This document shows positions 32,793 through 33,197 of a stretch of 33,197 nucleotides of DNA, one piece after another. The notes below the pieces were generated by a model, which saw only the letters and a program-made list of their open reading frames with translations, was not told the DNA's origin and searched no databases. The position numbers were made by a program, and so were the translations under genes. The stretch is from Chiloscyllium plagiosum. Taxonomy: Eukaryota. The first letter of the stretch is position 1; every line of letters begins with the position of its first letter. The stretch covers positions 78,990,456-79,023,652 of the forward strand of contig NC_057711.1 in NCBI RefSeq assembly GCF_004010195.1, written 5' to 3'.

Positions 32793-33197
32793 TCATAGGG
32801 AGGGCCTCAACCGGGACCTTGGGTTCATGTCACATTACAGGTGATCATCATTGCACTACACACACGCAGATATTCCTACACACACACACTCTCACATACA
32901 CACGGACACAGGTAGGCCTCAACCGGGACCTTGGGTTCATGTCACATTACAGGTGATCATCATTGCACTACACACACGCAGATACTCCTACACACACACA
33001 CTCTCACATACACACGGACACAGGTACACACAGACGCGCATACATACACCCACACACACCCTTATAGACCCACACACTACCACACTCACACATGCAGCCC
33101 CTCACAGACTTAAGACACTCTGCACTCACTACACACACACACACACACACTTTCTCACACTCACAACCCCCACCCCAGACAGACACACACACACACA
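32793..33197 (+). mobile_element. Penelope-like element 3' end (last GIY-YIG codons plus CA-rich UTR) with a 112-bp tandem duplication; runs off the window
   Basis: HREGLNRDLGFMSHYR* matches HGDGLNWDPALVSHYW* of ORF 25879-26148; units 32803-32914 and 32915-33026. Confidence 0.85.

Noticed and set aside
1..33197. CRISPR array, operon or other prokaryotic system
   Set aside because: No regularly spaced repeats with unique spacers and no gene-dense ORFs; the content is vertebrate repeat DNA.

Overview
AT-rich, repeat-dominated vertebrate DNA, almost certainly from a cartilaginous fish (shark): it carries HE1-type V-SINEs and HER1/CR1-type LINEs. No host protein-coding gene is recognisable, so the window looks intronic or intergenic. 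Most ORF-track entries are decayed transposon frames, SINE or microsatellite artefacts, or chance ORFs. Contents: several CR1 LINEs (one near full length with ORF1 and a nested solo LTR), two young and several old SINEs, a 5S rRNA-derived/tRNA-like composite, a Tc1/mariner-type MITE, L2-like remnants, and many Penelope-like element (PLE) pieces from at least two families. The strongest signal is in the PLE termini, which carry minimal type I hammerhead ribozyme motifs (stem I-CUGANGA-A-stem II-GAAA-palindromic stem III-UH) with compensatory stem I changes. These termini also occur without any ORF, as 93-219 bp target-site-duplicated insertions, including a near-perfect hairpin with two back-to-back hammerheads. 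All family assignments come from pattern recognition, not database searches, and boundaries of old repeats are approximate.
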